Assembly (NCBI GenBank): GCA_002455425.1
Contig: DKKT01000071.1
Coordinates: 214,835-278,834 of the forward strand
From: Chthonomonas sp. UBA6659
GTDB taxonomy: Bacteria; Armatimonadota; Fimbriimonadia; Fimbriimonadales; Fimbriimonadaceae
DNA: 64,000 nt
Direction: 5' to 3'
Made by a program: the position numbers and the translations under genes. The notes under the pieces are model-generated. The model ran no database searches, was not told where the DNA came from, and worked only from the letters and a program-made list of their open reading frames with translations. Below, piece after piece: positions 62,681 to 64,000 of this stretch; the stretch's first letter is position 1; each line of letters begins with the position of its first letter.

Positions 62681-63100
62681 ATGCCGACCAAAGCCGAACT
62701 CAAGCAACAGAGCCAGAAGATCAAGGTCAAGATTCGAACCGGCGATCAGGTCATGATCATCTCCGGCAAGGACAAGGGACAAAAGGGCTTCGTCGCCGCC
62801 GTCTCCCCCAAGGAGCAGAAAGTGATCGTGCTCCAGCAAAGCGAAGAGAACCCCGATCAACCGATCCCCCTCAACGCCGCGATCAAGCACCGTAAAGCCC
62901 GAACTCAGGGCGAAAAGTCGGCCCGCATCAAGATCCCGGTGCCGATCCACATCAGCAATGTCATGCTCCTCGATCCGAGCAACGGCGCACCGACCCGAGT
63001 CGGCCGTCGGAAAGAGGGCGATAAGATCGTGCGCTATGCGAAGAAGAGCGGCCAGGTTCTGGTCGACCTTCCCAACATCGACCGCGACGAGAAGAAGTAA
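62681..63100 (+). CDS. rplX: 50S ribosomal protein L24 (with N- and C-terminal extensions)
   Basis: KOW motif …IRTGDQVMIISGKDKGQKGFV… ATG at 62681 chosen over the track start. Confidence 0.9.
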   Translation: MPTKAELKQQSQKIKVKIRTGDQVMIISGKDKGQKGFVAAVSPKEQKVIVLQQSEENPDQPIPLNAAIKHRKARTQGEKSARIKIPVPIHISNVMLLDPSNGAPTRVGRRKEGDKIVRYAKKSGQVLVDLPNIDRDEKK

Positions 63101-63112
63101 GGTTAGCGACCC

Positions 63113-63712
63113 ATGGCGAAGAAGGACAAGAACACCCAGGAAATGGCCGCGCCGGCAACTCTGCCGACGCCGCGCCTGCGCAAGCACTACAAGGAGAACG
63201 TGCTGCCCAAACTGATGGAGCAGTTCAAGTACACCTCCGTGATGCAGGCGCCGAGGCTCGACAAGATCGTCATCAACATGGGCGTGAAGGCCAACGACGA
63301 AAAGAACCTTGAGAACAGCATTCGCGATCTCCAACTCATCGCCGGCCAGAAACCGGTCGTCACGAGCGCGCGCAAAGCCATCTCGAACTTCAAACTGCGC
63401 CAGGGTATGAAGGTCGGCTGCAAGGTCACCTTGCGTGGCGACCGCGCCTATCACTTCTTCGATAGGCTCGCAACCGTCGTTCTCCCCCGCATCCGCGACT
63501 TCCAGGGCCTTTCGCCGAACTCGTTCGATGGTCGCGGTAATTACACGCTCGGCCTTCGGGACCAGATCATGTTCCCGGAGATCGACTACGACAAGATCGA
63601 CAAGACCCGCGGTCTCGAGATCAGCATCGTAACGAGCGCGCAAAACGACGAGGAAGGACGACGCCTGCTCACCCTCATGGGCATGCCGTTCGCCAAGACC
63701 GGAAATCGGTAG
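63113..63712 (+). CDS. rplE: 50S ribosomal protein L5
   Basis: …[37 protein letters not shown]…. Confidence 0.95.
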   Translation: MAKKDKNTQEMAAPATLPTPRLRKHYKENVLPKLMEQFKYTSVMQAPRLDKIVINMGVKANDEKNLENSIRDLQLIAGQKPVVTSARKAISNFKLRQGMKVGCKVTLRGDRAYHFFDRLATVVLPRIRDFQGLSPNSFDGRGNYTLGLRDQIMFPEIDYDKIDKTRGLEISIVTSAQNDEEGRRLLTLMGMPFAKTGNR

Positions 63713-63723
63713 AGGAGCCACTG

Positions 63724-63909
63724 ATGGCCAAGGAATCATGGATCGTCAAGGCGAACAAGCCGGCGAAATACCAGACTCGCCAGGTGAATCGCTGCAAGCT
63801 TTGCGGCCGCAGCCGCGCCTACATTCGCAAGTTCGGCACGTGCCGCATCTGCTTCCGCGAGCTCGCCTCGACTGGCAAGCTGCCGGGCGTGACCAAGAGC
63901 AGCTGGTAA
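63724..63909 (+). CDS. rpsZ: 30S ribosomal protein S14 type Z (zinc-binding)
   Basis: 61 aa with CxxC…CxxC (CKLCGR…CRICFRE). Confidence 0.9.
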   Translation: MAKESWIVKANKPAKYQTRQVNRCKLCGRSRAYIRKFGTCRICFRELASTGKLPGVTKSSW

Positions 63910-63950
63910 GCGGCCGCGCCGCTTTTTCCGGCGCGCATGGAGGCAGATGA

Positions 63951-64000
63951 ATGACCATCAACGATCCTATCAGCGATATGCTGACGCGCATCCGCAACGC
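63951..64000 (+). CDS. rpsH: 30S ribosomal protein S8 (3' truncated at window end)
   Basis: RBS ggagg. MTINDPISDMLTRIRN…. Confidence 0.8.
   Translation, partial: MTINDPISDMLTRIRN

Overview
This is a 64 kb, high-GC (roughly 65%) bacterial chromosomal segment with dense coding on both strands. No rRNA, tRNA, CRISPR array or recognisable mobile element was found. Housekeeping genes include ccmB (5' partial), ccmC and a ccmD-like gene, enolase, the conserved dxr-rseP pair, ligA, trmFO, maf, fur and the 5' part of the S10/spc ribosomal operon, which begins with rplC and not rpsJ (rplC-rplD-rplW-rplB-rpsS-rplV-rpsC-rplP-rpmC-rpsQ-rplN-rplX-rplE-rpsZ-rpsH'). Between these lie many envelope, secreted and regulatory genes: two prepilin-type DUF1559-like proteins (H-X9-DG family), a DUF4331-like protein, a PEP-CTERM protein, several TPR lipoproteins, a dockerin-repeat protein, two ECF sigma/anti-sigma modules, a TPR-CHAT protein next to an S8 peptidase, a doubled ABC-2 exporter module, an orphan flagellin, tandem ClpS paralogues, an alpha-L-rhamnosidase-like protein, a GH172/DUF2961-like protein and a bacterial TMEM175-like channel. 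This gene content suggests a Planctomycetota- or Armatimonadota-like organism, which is inference only. The most striking unexplained feature is a co-directional tandem array of five paralogous genes (33891-36686, minus strand). Each encodes a ~175 aa signal-peptide protein with strictly conserved motifs (ENYDxM, FLPPFNG, RRFGGxWR, WFTSP, GHDxTRARWW) and belongs to no family I recognise. It lies immediately upstream of a TolB-like PD40 beta-propeller gene and downstream of ligA. Other notable points: a sigma / zinc-anti-sigma (no membrane segment) / TPR-CHAT / S8 protease cluster; paralogous mini-lipoprotein genes bracketing a secreted beta-propeller gene; low-complexity Ala/Glu/Pro-rich C-terminal tails on L22, S3 and L16; and a CcmD-like small ORF missing from the ORF track that overlaps the 3' end of ccmC by about 100 nt. 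Many long ORFs in the track are antisense high-GC artefacts and were rejected.
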